From: an uncultured Chloroflexia bacterium
GTDB taxonomy: Bacteria; Chloroflexota; Limnocylindria; Limnocylindrales; CSP1-4
DNA length: 64,000 nt
Assembly: GCA_963713285.1 (NCBI GenBank)
Contig: CAVQLA010000009.1
Coordinates: 1,652 to 65,651, forward strand
Direction: 5' to 3'
The translations under genes were made by a program, and so were the position numbers. Below the pieces are notes generated by a model that did no database searches, was not told the origin of the DNA, and saw only the letters and a program-made list of their open reading frames with translations. Below are positions 10,701 through 18,230 of this stretch, in pieces. Position 1 is the stretch's first letter; each line of letters starts with the position of its first letter.

Positions 10701-11360
10701 CCCCGCGAGCATGAGCATCCGCGTGGACGGCTCGCGAGCGACCTCCGCGATCGCCAAGGCCAGCGGGTGCTCGGGCGTCAGCTCGACGTCGCGGTAGGTC
10801 CCCACCAGGAGCAGGGGCATGTCGCCAAGCTGGCTTGCCAGGAAGCGGAGGAAGAGGATGGACGGCGCGTCGGCTGCCTGCAGGTCGTCGAGGACCACGA
10901 GCAGGGGCTGGGCGCGTGCGGCGTTGCGCAGGAGCGTCGCGGTCGAGTCAAACAGCTGGAAGCGGGCGGACTCCGATCCGGTGTCGGCTGGCGGCGGGAG
11001 ATCCGGGAACAGGTCACGCAGCTCGGGCAGCATCTGGGCGATGTCGCCGGCTCCAGATCCCATGTGACGCCGGACAGCCTCCGTCTCGGTTGCCCGGAGG
11101 TATGCGCGCAGGGCCTGGACCCACGGCCAGTAGGGCGGCGCTCCGGCGTCCTCCCAGCCGCGGCCCCACAGGGCCAGGTGGCCTCGCTCTCGGGCTCGTG
11201 TCGCAAGCTCGTCTGCGAGGCGACTTTTACCGATGCCCGGCTGGCCCCCGACCAGGACGAGGCGACCGCGGCCGGATGCCGCCTCAGCGAGCGCCTCCAG
11301 CAGCTCGCGAAGCTCACGGTCGCGACCGACGAAGAATGAGCCTGACTGCAGCTGAACCAA
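7797..11360 (-). CDS. large P-loop NTPase-TPR protein, tandem paralog B, 1187 aa. Near-identical to A over ~1090 aa, with a different, longer C-terminal tail read from the duplicated upstream repeat module
   Basis: Translation is identical to paralog A except for a few substitutions (e.g. ADKLATRAR->ADELATRAR, LAASAAER->LAVSAAER) up to ...TIRAALARIG. It then diverges into a Ser/Arg-rich tail containing two copies of VTRSPARNSMSSGRRSGSTC, encoded by the 60-bp tandem repeat. DNA 8080-11360 matches 4265-7545. Confidence 0.7.
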   Translation of the reverse strand: MVQLQSGSFFVGRDRELRELLEALAEAASGRGRLVLVGGQPGIGKSRLADELATRARERGHLALWGRGWEDAGAPPYWPWVQALRAYLRATETEAVRRHMGSGAGDIAQMLPELRDLFPDLPPPADTGSESARFQLFDSTATLLRNAARAQPLLVVLDDLQAADAPSILFLRFLASQLGDMPLLLVGTYRDVELTPEHPLALAIAEVAREPSTRMLMLAGLEADAVGQFIELAANVTPHGRLVAAVWRETSGNPLFVGEAVRLLSAEGRLGEVADPLSLRVAVPAGVRAVIARRIGHLSEATVQALGLGAVLGPEFSLEVLRRIGDYGADQALDLVDEAVQAGLLQPVSGVLGRYRFSHDLVRETLDAELSPGRRVRLHRRAAHVLEEFHAATIDAHLAELAFHYVEAAQGGDETLALSDVESIGSKAVEYARRAGDDAAWSLAYEESARLYSMALAVLDLGQVPDDHTRTEVLLALGDAQTRAGEIDDARTAFLEAAKIAKRTGTGQQLARAALGFGGSHPWARPGKETRLIPLLQDALVMLGGSDDRLRARLLGRLACAWRSSPERKNDSAALSQQAIEIARRLDDPASLSYTLGCRFWATWWPENPDERQSIAREMVEIAEALGEGERIADAHFVRFRSLCEQGRIAEARTEATTLGRVAEEPRQPAEIWLEQVTRAELALLAGDFDLAEELIAWEMSSRHRVTFANDDVSSARMQRFLVRREQGRIAEEESTVRASIDELPWYPLHRAALACLLFDLDRIAEARAVFEDLAGDEFRALYRDNEWLFGTSLASEACALLGDASAADTLYEQLAPFAGRHAVGHAEGSIGAVDRYLGLLAATLGRLDDAERHLTEAIAGNERMGARPWTAHSQHDLAQVLVRRNLAGDRERAQQLDRAALATAEELGMVLARQIRPGPKEPMSAAAPGSPFSSGTFRREGDYWTIEFGQEAFRIRDAKGMRHLARLLGAPGRELHALELARLEALRLDVSPVGGPGFSADGLGDAGPVLDSEAKAAYRKRLDELQEELVGAEAWNDPERAARLRAESEAVVSELTAAFGLGGRDRLAVSAAERARVSVTRTIRAALARIGVTRSPARNSMSSGRRSGSTCVAPMTRSPARNSMSSGRRSGSTCEPALLREADPAIQEVARIAAEAMATMTTAMRSARPKTSARPCACNVRELCPT
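7958..8086. repeat. 60-bp tandem repeat, ~2 copies
   Basis: caggtcgatccgctccgcctgccggagctcatcgagttccgtgccggcgagcgcgtcatgggcgcgacg repeated. Same unit as at 11775-11960. Confidence 0.9.
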
Positions 11361-11607
11361 GGTCTGGCTGCCCCGCTGCTCCCCGGGCGACCAAGGTCAC
11401 CGACCCCCGTCGCCTGCGACATCGGATCCCGCTCGGCACCACAGTACATACGTTCCCCGGGATGCGCGACCGATTTTGGGATTCGTGTCGTGCGGTCGAA
11501 CGCTCGTGCCGTCGAATCTCACGCCCCACTGGTAGAGGCGCCAACGACAAGCCCCTCTCTTGGGCGAGATCGTGGCGACAGTCGAGTGCCAGGCAGGAGG
11601 CAGGACG

Positions 11608-11985
11608 ATGAGTCAGGTCGAGCAGAGCTCGAGGACATTGCATGCGCACGGACGAGCCGACGTCTTCGGCCGGGCGCTCCTCATCGCGGTGGTCATCGTG
11701 GCCATCGCTTCTGCAGCGATCCTCGCGACCTCCTGGATCGCGGGATCAGCTTCCCGGAGCAGCGCCGGCTCGCAGGTCGATCCGCTCCGCCTTCCGGAGC
11801 TCATCGAGTTCCGGGCCGGCGAGCGCGTCATGGGCGCGACGCAGGTCGATCCGCTCCGCCTTCCGGAGCTCATCGAGTTCCGTGCCGGCGAGCGCGTCAT
11901 GGGCGCGACGCAGGTCGATCCGCTCCGCCTTCCGGAGCTCATCGAGTTCCGGGCCGGCGAGCGCGTCATGGGCGAGAGTCGCTAG
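11608..11985 (+). CDS. hypothetical small membrane protein with three 20-aa tandem repeats, 125 aa; divergent from paralog B
   Basis: ATG preceded by aggagg at optimal spacing (caggcaggaggcaggacgATG). N-terminal TM helix ALLIAVVIVAIASAAILATSWIAG. Then (QVDPLRLPELIEFRAGERVMGAT)x3 and a stop directly after the third repeat. The copy upstream of paralog A (7789-8283) is degenerate (ATG AAT TAG). Confidence 0.4.
   Translation: MSQVEQSSRTLHAHGRADVFGRALLIAVVIVAIASAAILATSWIAGSASRSSAGSQVDPLRLPELIEFRAGERVMGATQVDPLRLPELIEFRAGERVMGATQVDPLRLPELIEFRAGERVMGESR
11775..11960. repeat. 60-bp tandem repeat, 3 copies
   Basis: The same 60-bp unit (ctgccg->cttccg variants) occurs three times in tandem and ends just before the stop of ORF 11608-11985. 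Confidence 0.9.
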
Positions 11986-12194
11986 CACCAGCGGGCAGGC
12001 GGATCGGCTTGCCCGGGCAGGGGCGGCGATCCGCCTGCTTGTCGAGGGCCGACGCTGGGCCAATCTGCCGAGCACGATGCTCGCGCAGCACGGGCGAGGG
12101 CGTGCGCGGGTGCGAGGCCGCATCATCGAAAGCACCCACGCCTTGTGACCGTCGCGGTGCGGCGTCACGGTCACGGCTGGCGCGGGATCAGTAG

Positions 12195-12282
12195 TGCTCG
12201 ATCGTGGCGGAGAGGGTGGGATTCGAACCCACGGGGCGCGAAGGCCCTGCGGTTTTCAAGACCGCTCCGATAAACCACTCCG
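12195..12282 (-). tRNA. tRNA-Ser (anticodon UGA), type II with long variable arm, CCA encoded
   Basis: Reverse complement reads GGAGAGGTGCCGGAGTGGTTTATCGGAGCGGTCTTGAAAACCGCAGGGCCTTCGCGCCCCGTGGGTTCGAATCCCACCCTCTCCGCCA. It has a 7-bp acceptor stem, anticodon loop CTTGAAA (TGA), a long extra arm, T-loop GGTTCGAATCC and 3' CCA. Confidence 0.92.
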
Positions 12283-12490
12283 GCACCTCTCCGCGGTGCG
12301 CACGACGAGGATACCGGGCGAGCCGATGGATGCGGAGCCTGGCGGCGATCGCCGGCGGCGCCGGCGGCACCGGCGCGCGTTGCCCGCGCCACCGGCCCGC
12401 GCGTTGCCGGCGGTTGGGCGTTCGCGTACTGTCCCGTCGTCGGCGCCCGGGCCAACTCCCGGGCAGGACCCGAAGGAGACCATCCGACCG

Positions 12491-12883
12491 ATGCCCGCGC
12501 CGCTCGGCAAGGTCCCCACGAAGAAGATGCCGAACATCCAGGTCTTCGGCACCGACGATTCGCCGGCGACCCGCGCGGCGCTCCGGTTCTTCCGCGAGCG
12601 CCGGATCGTCGTGCACTACGTGGACCTGCGCAAGAAGCCGATCGCCCACGGCGAGCTCCGCCGGTTCACGGACCGGCTGGGTGCCGCCGCGCTCCTGGAC
12701 CCGGAGAGCCGCGCGTACCGTGAGGGCGGCCTCGCCTACCTGGCGACCGACACCGCGGGCATCGTCGCCCGGCTGCTCGCGGACGCGCGACTGATGCGCC
12801 TCCCCCTGGTCCGCCACGGCGAGGAGGTCACGGCGGGCAGGGACGAGGCGACCTGGAAGGCGTGGCTGGCGCGACCGAGGTAG
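12491..12883 (+). CDS. ArsC/Spx-family (glutaredoxin-fold, YffB-like) protein
   Basis: MPNIQVFGTDDSPATRAALRFFRERRIVVHYVDLRKKPIAHGELRRF...LDPESRAYRE fits the ArsC/Spx fold family. The usual Cys pair is absent. Start may be at 12527. Confidence 0.6.
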   Translation: MPAPLGKVPTKKMPNIQVFGTDDSPATRAALRFFRERRIVVHYVDLRKKPIAHGELRRFTDRLGAAALLDPESRAYREGGLAYLATDTAGIVARLLADARLMRLPLVRHGEEVTAGRDEATWKAWLARPR

Positions 12884-12901
12884 GCCGAGCTGGCCAGCCT
12901 C

Positions 12902-14650
12902 TCAGTCCGGCGAGGCGATGGTCGCGTCGACCGCGGCGACCGGGACCCAGGCCAGGAAGAGCGTGGCAGGGTCGGCCGGCGTGCCGTCGGCACCGGCGAT
13001 CCCGGCCATCACGAGACGCACGCCGGCCGGCAGGCCGGTGATCTCGAAGCGAGCCGGAGTCGCAGGGTCGGCCGTCAGCTCCAGGAGCGTCTGCAGGGGC
13101 TCGGCGGCGCGCGAGGGCTCCACGGCGATCGACCGGACGAGAAGCCGCGGCCGCCCCGGGGGGCCCTCCATCGCCGCCACGGCCAGCCCCGGGTCCTGTG
13201 CCGGCGCGGCGTCGGCGACCGCCAGGCTGATGGTCCCGGGCTCCGTCGCCGGGATCGTCGTGATCCGTCCCGCGGGCGGGGTCCGCCCGAGGAGGGCGTC
13301 GTCGCGCGGGCTCGCGACGTCGAGCGGCGCGAGGACGGGAGGGCCGGCGGGCTCGCCGGTCACGAGGGCGGCCGCGGGCAGCACCCGGCCGATGGCACCG
13401 CCATCCCCGGCAAGCCGGACGGCGACCACGGACGGGGTGGCGGGAGCGGCAAGGCGGACCACGGTGGCGCCACCGGCGGCGATGGACGCGTCCAGGGGGA
13501 TCTCGGCGAGGAGGTGCGCGTCCAGGGATGGGTCGAGGGGAAGCGCCCAGGCTTCGACGACGGTCGGGGTCCCGGCCCCGGCAGCCTCGATCGGCTCGCG
13601 GCCCAGGTTCGTGACCGTCGCCGCCAGCATCCCGTCGGGATCGACCGCCAGACCGATGCTCGCCTCGCGCTCGGCGGCGACGCGCACCGTCAGCGGCCGG
13701 ATCGCCGGGCGGTCCGACTTCGGCAGGGGCGCGCCGTCGCTGTCGCGCGCCTCGACCTCCAGGCGCCAGAGGCCCGGCTGGCTCGGGGCGGTGAGGCCGA
13801 GACGAAGGACGCGGCCCGGCCTGTTGGTGCGCTTCACGATCGTCCACGTCGACGCCGGCGCTGCATCGGGCGCGCCGTCCGACGCCTCCACCACCGCCAT
13901 CGGCGTCCACCGGACGGCGAACCGGATGGCGGGCGGCAGCACGGCCCCCGGGCGCGCCCTCCACGCCACCTCGAGGGAGACCGGCGCTCCCGCGACCGGC
14001 CGGCCGGCGAGGGCGAGGGGGCCGAAGTGCACACCGCGTTCCTTGAGCGTGACGACGAGCCGGTCGAGGCTGTTCGCGATGACCGCGATCTTGTCGGCCC
14101 AGCGCACGTCGGACGCGTAGTAGCGGTTCATGGCCCGCAGGGTGGTGAAGCGGTACCAGTACCGGCCGTCCGGGGAGAGGTAGCCCTCGCGGACCTTCTT
14201 CGCGACGGCCAGGATCCCCTGGCGGTAGCTGCGGAAACGGGTCGCGTAGCGCCACGGGTTGCGATCGTAGGCGCCGTACCCGAAGAGGTTGTGCTTGACC
14301 CGGGCGATGGCGGAGGTCCCCCACCCGCTCTCGAGCATGGCGTGGGCGACGAACGTGCGCGCGTTGATCCCCTGGCGGCGCTCGGCCGCGAGGAACGCAG
14401 ACCCGAGCCGGGGGAGGCTGGTGGTGGCGCCCAGCACCTCGTCGATCATCCACGCCGCATACCCCGACGTGGAGAGGACATCCGTGTTGGGGGTGACGGG
14501 CCGCCCGACGCGGTAGGTCGTCATCGACCGGGGCTCGATCTTGCGCGACGGCGAGCGCGCCTCCGCCGGGACGGCGGGGACGGCGGCGGCGAGGGCGAGA
14601 ACGACGGCGAGCGCGGTGGGGACGGCGCGCCGGAGCAGGGCAGTTCGCAT
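12902..14650 (-). CDS. secreted glucosaminidase-domain (FlgJ/mannosyl-glycoprotein endo-beta-N-acetylglucosaminidase family) protein with a long C-terminal extension
   Basis: Signal-like N-terminus MRTALLRRAVPTALAVVLALAAAVPAVPA. Glucosaminidase motif block FLAAERRQGINARTFVAHAMLESGWGTS...HNLFGYGAYD. Internal-Met start chosen at the signal peptide. Confidence 0.7.
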   Translation of the reverse strand: MRTALLRRAVPTALAVVLALAAAVPAVPAEARSPSRKIEPRSMTTYRVGRPVTPNTDVLSTSGYAAWMIDEVLGATTSLPRLGSAFLAAERRQGINARTFVAHAMLESGWGTSAIARVKHNLFGYGAYDRNPWRYATRFRSYRQGILAVAKKVREGYLSPDGRYWYRFTTLRAMNRYYASDVRWADKIAVIANSLDRLVVTLKERGVHFGPLALAGRPVAGAPVSLEVAWRARPGAVLPPAIRFAVRWTPMAVVEASDGAPDAAPASTWTIVKRTNRPGRVLRLGLTAPSQPGLWRLEVEARDSDGAPLPKSDRPAIRPLTVRVAAEREASIGLAVDPDGMLAATVTNLGREPIEAAGAGTPTVVEAWALPLDPSLDAHLLAEIPLDASIAAGGATVVRLAAPATPSVVAVRLAGDGGAIGRVLPAAALVTGEPAGPPVLAPLDVASPRDDALLGRTPPAGRITTIPATEPGTISLAVADAAPAQDPGLAVAAMEGPPGRPRLLVRSIAVEPSRAAEPLQTLLELTADPATPARFEITGLPAGVRLVMAGIAGADGTPADPATLFLAWVPVAAVDATIASPD

Positions 14651-14894
14651 GGGTCGCCGGTCACGATGCGGGTGCACCGGCCGCCCGACCACGACCCGAC
14701 GGTCCGCCCGCGGCTGGCCCCATCGTCCGGGCGCACCGGGCACTCGATCCGCGTTCGACCGGTGCTCGCACTCGCGGCGGCCGTTCCCCGATCCAAGCCC
14801 CGGGGCTCGGCCGATATAGCATCAGCGGGCAAACCACCTGCACACGAGACCCTGTCCAAGCGCAGAGCCCCTGCGCGCCCACCCCGGAGGCCCC

Positions 14895-15737
14895 GTGCTC
14901 CGACGGCTCCTGGGCGGCGCGAACGACCGCATCGCCGCGGAGATCGCCCCGACCCGCCACCTGATCGACCTGCGCCGCGTGGTGAAGGACTACGTGACCG
15001 ACGCCGGGTCGTTCCGGGCGCTTCGCGACGTGGACCTCCAGGTGGACGCCGGCGAGTTCATCGCCGTCGTCGGGAAGTCCGGGTCGGGCAAGTCGACGCT
15101 GATGAACATGATGACGGGCATCGACCGGGCCACCGCCGGCGACGTCTGGGTCGGCGGCACCCACCTCAACCACCTGTCGGAAGGCGCGACGGCCGTCTGG
15201 CGCGGCCGAACCGTCGGCGTGATCTTCCAGTTCTTCCAGCTCCTGCCGACGCTGACCGTCGTCGAGAACGTGATGCTGCCCATGGACTTCGGCGGCCTGT
15301 GGACGCCGAAGGAGCGCGAGGAGCGGGCGATGGCGCTCCTCGAGCAGGTGGAGATGGTCGACCAGGCGCGCAAGCTGCCCTCGGCGACCTCGGGCGGGCA
15401 GCAGCAGCGCGTCGCGATCGCGCGGGCGCTGGCCAACGACCCGCCGATCCTCGTCGCGGACGAGCCGACGGGCAACCTGGACTCCGCGACCGCGGAGGCG
15501 GTGATCCGGCTGTTCGACGAGCTGGTCGCCGCCGGCAAGACCATCGTCATGGTGACCCACGACCGGGAGATCGCGTCGCACGCGCGGCGGACGGTCCACA
15601 TGGTCGACGGGAACCTCCTCGACGGGACCCTTCCGGACGAGGAGGCCCTGCCCGCGGCAGCGGGTGCCCTGGATCCGGTGGCGGCTGGCGCGTCCGCGGC
15701 CCCGGGTGCGCCCGCGGCGCCCGTCGCCGGTGCATAG
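14895..15737 (+). CDS. ABC transporter ATP-binding protein (MacB/FtsE/LolD-type)
   Basis: Walker A GKSGSGKST, Q-loop, signature SGGQQQRVAIARAL, Walker B ILVADEPTGNLD. GTG start. Confidence 0.9.
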   Translation: MLRRLLGGANDRIAAEIAPTRHLIDLRRVVKDYVTDAGSFRALRDVDLQVDAGEFIAVVGKSGSGKSTLMNMMTGIDRATAGDVWVGGTHLNHLSEGATAVWRGRTVGVIFQFFQLLPTLTVVENVMLPMDFGGLWTPKEREERAMALLEQVEMVDQARKLPSATSGGQQQRVAIARALANDPPILVADEPTGNLDSATAEAVIRLFDELVAAGKTIVMVTHDREIASHARRTVHMVDGNLLDGTLPDEEALPAAAGALDPVAAGASAAPGAPAAPVAGA

Positions 15738-18114
15738 CATCCGCTGGCGCAAGGTCGTCCGCGACCTGGGGGTCGCGCGGACCCGCACCGTCCTGGTCGT
15801 CCTCTCCATCGCGGTCGGCGTGTTCGCCGTCGGCACGATCGCCGGCGCCAACGCGCTCCTCCGCGACGGACTGCGCGAGAAGTACCTCGCCAGTCGCCCC
15901 GCGAGCGCCACGATCTCCGCGTCGGCGTTCGGCGACGACCTGGTCGAGACCGTCGGCGAGATGCCCGGGATCGCCGACGCCGAGGCCCGCCGCAGCGTGA
16001 CGGTCCGGCTCCGCACCGGCCCCGAGACGTTCCGCGAGCTGCAGCTCACCGCGATCACCGACTTCGAGGACCAGCGCCTCGACCTCGTGACGCCCGAGCC
16101 CGGCGCCGCCTGGCCGCCGGCCCGCGGCGAGATGCTCCTGGAGCGCTCGAGCCTCACCCTCGCCGACGTCCCGACCTCGGGGGAGGTGGAGATCCAGACG
16201 GTCGACGGCAAGCTCCACACCCTGCGCGTCGCGGGCCTGTCGCACGAGGTGGGAGCGTCCCCGGCCTTCTACATCGGGCGCCTGCAGGGCCACATCACGT
16301 TCGAGACGCTCGACGACCTCGGCTTCGGGACGGCCTACGACGAGCTCCGGATCCTGGCCGACGACGCGACGCTGACCCGCGCCGAGATCCGCACCCTCGC
16401 CGAGACCGTCCGCGAGCGGATGGAGCGGGCCGGCGCCTCGGTCATCTTCGTCTTCGTCCCGCCACCCGGCGAGCACCCGGCCAACGACCTGCTGGCCGGC
16501 GTCTTCCTCGTCCTGGGCTTCCTCGGGCTGCTCGCGCTCCTCGCCTCCGGCTTCCTGGTGGTCAACACGGTGAACGCCATCATCGCCCAGCAGACCCGCC
16601 AGATCGGGGTCATGAAGGCGGTCGGCGCCCGGAACCGGCAGGTCGCCGTCCTGTACCTCGGGATGGTGCTGGCGTATGCGGTCCTCTCGCTGGGCGTCGC
16701 CCTGCCGCTGGGCGCCCTCGGCGCGTACGGCCTGACGGTCTTCACGGCGAGCCTCGTCAACTTCGACGTCACGACCTTCTTCGCCCCGCCGGACGTGATC
16801 GCGCTCGAGGTGGCGGTCGGGCTGCTCGTGCCGCTCCTTGCGGCACTCGTGCCGGTCTGGCACGGCGTGCGGGTCACCGTGCGTGAGGCGGTGAGCAGCA
16901 CGGGGCTCGCGGATCGGTTCGGAAGGAGCCGCTTCGACCGGGCGATCCAGCGGATCCACGGGCTCCCGCGGCCCACGCTCCTGTCCATCCGCAACACGTT
17001 CCGCCGCAAGTCGCGGCTCCTGCTGACCCTGTCGGCCCTGACGCTCGGGGCGGCCGTCTTCATGGCCGTCTTCACGGTGCGGTCGTCGCTCTACCAGACC
17101 CTCGACGACGCCCTCGCCTACTTCGACTACGACGTCCAGGTGGAGCTCGCCGGGTCCGCCCGGGCCGACCTGCTCGAGACGGAGGCATCGCGGGTCCCGG
17201 GCGTCACGGCCGCCGAGGCGTGGCGCTTCGCGACGACCCAGCGCATCCGCGCCGACGGGGCCGAGAGCCGCTCGTTCATCACCTTCGGGCTCCCGCCGGA
17301 GACCACGATGGTGCGCCCGAAGCTCCAGGAGGGCCGCTGGTTGGTCCCGGCCGACGGGAACGCGCTGGTCGCCACGGCGAACATCCGCGAGGACGAGCCC
17401 GACGTCCGCGTCGGCGACGCCATCACGCTGCGGGTCAACGGGCGCGATGCCACGTGGACGCTGGTCGGGATCGTCGAATCCCCGACCCAGCGCCCCTTCC
17501 TGTACGCGAACGCCGGCCCGCTGGAGCAGGCCGCCCGCGACGTGGGCCGGGCCACGGTGGTGATGCTCCGCACGGACACGCGCGACGCGGCGACCCAGGA
17601 TCGCGTCGGCAACGCGGCCGCCGACCACCTCGAGACGGTCGGCGTCCGGGTCGCGGCGACGACGACGATCGCCGAGGTCCGGACGACCCAGGAGCGCCTC
17701 TTCGACGTGCTGGTCATCTTCCTCTCCACGATGGCGCTCCTCCTCGGCGTCGTGGGCGGCCTCGGCCTGACCGGCACCATGAGCATCAACGTCGTGGAGC
17801 GGGCCCGCGAGATCGGCGTGATCCGCGCCGTCGGCGCGTCGGACGGCGCGGTCCTGCGCCTCTTCCTCGCGGAAGGGCTCCTGATCGGCCTCATCTCGTG
17901 GGCCGTCGGCGCGCTGCTCGCGATCCCCATCAGCCGGACCCTGTCGGACGCGCTGGGGATGGTCTTCCTGTCGCGCCCGCTCTCCTACTCGATCAGCGCC
18001 GAGGGAGTCATCCTCTGGCTCGGCATCGTCCTCGTCCTGGCCGCGGTCGCCAGCCTCTTCCCCGCCTGGCGCGCGTCGCGGCTCGCCGTGCGGGAGGTCC
18101 TCGCCTACGAATGA
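15730..18114 (+). CDS. ABC transporter permease with duplicated FtsX/MacB-type domains (~795 aa)
   Basis: GTG start overlaps the ATPase stop by 8 nt (GTGCATAG). Two FtsX-like 4-TM modules, each preceded by a large extracytoplasmic loop. C-terminal ...ISRTLSDALGMVFL...REVLAYE. Confidence 0.85.
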   Translation: MHSIRWRKVVRDLGVARTRTVLVVLSIAVGVFAVGTIAGANALLRDGLREKYLASRPASATISASAFGDDLVETVGEMPGIADAEARRSVTVRLRTGPETFRELQLTAITDFEDQRLDLVTPEPGAAWPPARGEMLLERSSLTLADVPTSGEVEIQTVDGKLHTLRVAGLSHEVGASPAFYIGRLQGHITFETLDDLGFGTAYDELRILADDATLTRAEIRTLAETVRERMERAGASVIFVFVPPPGEHPANDLLAGVFLVLGFLGLLALLASGFLVVNTVNAIIAQQTRQIGVMKAVGARNRQVAVLYLGMVLAYAVLSLGVALPLGALGAYGLTVFTASLVNFDVTTFFAPPDVIALEVAVGLLVPLLAALVPVWHGVRVTVREAVSSTGLADRFGRSRFDRAIQRIHGLPRPTLLSIRNTFRRKSRLLLTLSALTLGAAVFMAVFTVRSSLYQTLDDALAYFDYDVQVELAGSARADLLETEASRVPGVTAAEAWRFATTQRIRADGAESRSFITFGLPPETTMVRPKLQEGRWLVPADGNALVATANIREDEPDVRVGDAITLRVNGRDATWTLVGIVESPTQRPFLYANAGPLEQAARDVGRATVVMLRTDTRDAATQDRVGNAAADHLETVGVRVAATTTIAEVRTTQERLFDVLVIFLSTMALLLGVVGGLGLTGTMSINVVERAREIGVIRAVGASDGAVLRLFLAEGLLIGLISWAVGALLAIPISRTLSDALGMVFLSRPLSYSISAEGVILWLGIVLVLAAVASLFPAWRASRLAVREVLAYE

Positions 18115-18230
18115 CCGAGCTGCCCGCTGCCCCGCTCCTGCCTCCGACGCAGCCGCCGGCCCCACCGCCGGCATCGCCACCCCCGTCATCGCCACCGCCG
18201 CCGTTCCCGGACCAGCCCCGAAGGAGCCCC

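Noticed and set aside
7958-11960. The 60-bp tandem arrays as a possible CRISPR array
   Set aside because: The units are contiguous identical repeats with no unique spacers. There are only 2-3 copies, no cas genes, and they sit inside or adjacent to ORFs.
12828-16220. Very long ORFs 12828-14453(-), 12918-14120(+), 13514-16000(+), 14661-16220(-), 15547-18195(-)
   Set aside because: Off-frame or antisense shadows of the glucosaminidase and ABC genes. Low-complexity Arg/Gly/Pro/Asp composition and no family signatures.
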